Below, piece after piece: positions 57,895-59,185 of a stretch of 59,185 nt of DNA. Within the stretch, counting starts at the first letter, position 1, and each line of letters starts with the position of its first letter. Made by a program: the position numbers and the translations under genes. Source of the DNA: Chthonomonadaceae bacterium (lineage in GTDB: Bacteria > Armatimonadota > Chthonomonadetes > Chthonomonadales > Chthonomonadaceae); contig DASRGZ010000038.1 in NCBI GenBank assembly GCA_035650735.1, positions 1-59,185 of the forward strand, given 5' to 3'. The notes under the pieces are model-generated. The model was not told the origin of the DNA. It saw nothing but the letters and a program-made list of their open reading frames with translations, and did not search any database.

Positions 57895-58830
57895 TCATTC
57901 CCGGTAGTGCGCCGCCGTCCGGACCAATCCGTCTGCCAGCGTGATCTGCGGCGCAAAGCCCAGGACGGCTTGCGCGCGCCCGATGTCCGCCCCGGAATGC
58001 AGGATATCGCCGGGGCGAGGCGCCTCATAGCAGGCGGAAACGGGGGCGCCCGTAACCTCCTGCATCTGCTCCAGAAGCATGTTCAGCGAGACGCGCTGCC
58101 CGCTGGCGACATTGAAGACTCCGCCGATGGCCTCCGAGCTGGGCGTCCGCGCCGCCAACAGATTGGCCGCCACCACGTCGCCAACAAAGCAGAAATCGCG
58201 CGTCTGCTCGCCATCCCCAAAGACGGTTGGCGGCTGCCCGGCCAGCAAGCGCGTCAGAAACTTGGGAATGACCGCCGCGTACTCCGAGTTGGGATTCTGG
58301 CGCGGGCCGTAGACGTTGAAGTAGCGCAGGCAGACCGTCTCCAGGCCGTAAAGCTGTGCGAAGTTCCGGCAATAGTGCTCTCCCGTAAGCTTCTGGGTGC
58401 CGTAGGGAGATACGGGGGCCGGCAGAACGCTCTCCGGCGTCGGGATCGTCGCCGTGTTGCCATAGACCGCCGAGGACGAGGAGAAGACCAGGCGCTTTAC
58501 TCCCCTATCCCGCGCGGCTAGCAGCAGATTGAGCGTCCCGCCGATGTTGATGGCGTCCGCCTGCACCGGGTCGGCCACCGACTGCGGCACAGAGACGAGC
58601 GCCGCCAGATGAAACACTGTATCTACATCCCGGCAGGCATTGCGGCAGGCCACTGCGTTCCGAATGTCCCCTTGCTGAAACTCGATCTTCTTGCCCATCC
58701 CCTCCAGATTGGCTATATTCCCGGAGGAGAGATTATCCAGCACGCGCACGGCCACGCCTTGCGCCATCAGTTCGCGCACCAGATGGGAGCCGATAAACCC
58801 GGCCCCACCTGTCACTAAAGCCTGTTTCAT
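57895..58830 (-). CDS. NAD-dependent nucleotide-sugar epimerase (extended SDR, WbpP-like)
   Basis: TGGAGFIGSH, SVPQS, SSSAVYG, YGTQK, LRYFNVYGPRQ, YAAVIP. Confidence 0.93.
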   Translation of the reverse strand: MKQALVTGGAGFIGSHLVRELMAQGVAVRVLDNLSSGNIANLEGMGKKIEFQQGDIRNAVACRNACRDVDTVFHLAALVSVPQSVADPVQADAINIGGTLNLLLAARDRGVKRLVFSSSSAVYGNTATIPTPESVLPAPVSPYGTQKLTGEHYCRNFAQLYGLETVCLRYFNVYGPRQNPNSEYAAVIPKFLTRLLAGQPPTVFGDGEQTRDFCFVGDVVAANLLAARTPSSEAIGGVFNVASGQRVSLNMLLEQMQEVTGAPVSACYEAPRPGDILHSGADIGRAQAVLGFAPQITLADGLVRTAAHYRE

Positions 58831-58891
58831 ACTGCCCTCATTCTTAAAGCGGTCTCATAGATACGCCAATTCAAGATCGGTGCATCCCCTT

Positions 58892-59053
58892 GCCGGGCAC
58901 TGAAAGTACCCGGCTCTAGGGCCTACGGCCAAGCGTCCTGGCGGACGCTCCTGTCCCGCAGGAGTTTCCGTCCGAAGGACGGTCGGCGGCGCAGCCGCCC
59001 TCTAGACGGGGGTTTTCAATGCCCAGCTAGGACCGGGGTTTTCAACTCCCGGC
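58892..59053. repeat. REP doublet family A with an extra hairpin
   Basis: Same 24-bp end as 11317; internal modules in reverse order relative to 11317-11494. Confidence 0.85.
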
Positions 59054-59054
59054 C

Positions 59055-59185
59055 TTAACCTGCCTGCTCAAAGAAGCGGTGTATCTGCTCGGCCACATAC
59101 TCCACCTGCCCGCTCGTTAGCTCGGGATGGATGGGCAGCGACAACACTTCCTTGGCGGCCTGCTCTGCCTGCGGAAAGTCGCCTT
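59055..59185 (-). CDS. C-terminus of a DegT/DnrJ/EryC1/StrS aminotransferase (partial)
   Basis: Minus frame GDFPQAEQAAKEVLSLPIHPELTSGQVEYVAEQI...AG*. Confidence 0.85.
   Translation of the reverse strand, partial: GDFPQAEQAAKEVLSLPIHPELTSGQVEYVAEQIHRFFEQAG

Noticed and set aside
1..59185. tRNA, rRNA, transposase, integrase, prophage or defence genes
   Set aside because: None recognised by eye on either strand.

Overview
GC-rich bacterial window with about 50 protein-coding genes. The DUF1559 prepilin gene and overall gene content suggest Armatimonadota or a similar lineage (inference). No rRNA, tRNA, cas gene, transposase or integrase was recognised. 1-40.2 kb is a mixed accessory region: carbohydrate-active enzymes (GH1, GH4, GH38, GH127-like, BNR/sialidase, CE4, a CBM4 protein), oxidoreductases, a Rieske oxygenase, AmrS, a TrmH methyltransferase, a globin-ankyrin fusion, a PAS-GAF kinase, an amber-interrupted FMN reductase and a secreted CxxCH protein. 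40.8-59.2 kb is a minus-strand surface-polysaccharide operon (GT2, GT4, GT-C, UbiA, Wzt, epimerases, methyl- and pyruvyltransferases). Intergenic spaces carry at least four families of REP-like palindromes. The strongest unexplained signals are non-coding. (1) A ~540-nt leader from a clear sigma70 promoter (40753-40781, minus) carries two identical 38-nt repeats 35 nt apart plus anti-repeat-like pairings; it could be an orphan type V-like tracr/mini-array or a new tandem RNA motif. (2) A structured ~330-nt uORF/terminator leader precedes the TrmH gene. (3) A Cys-rich, PP-motif leader gene is coupled to the prepilin gene. (4) Several short junction duplications and inverted-repeat-bounded mini-elements occur. 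All functional calls come from manual motif recognition; no searches were run.
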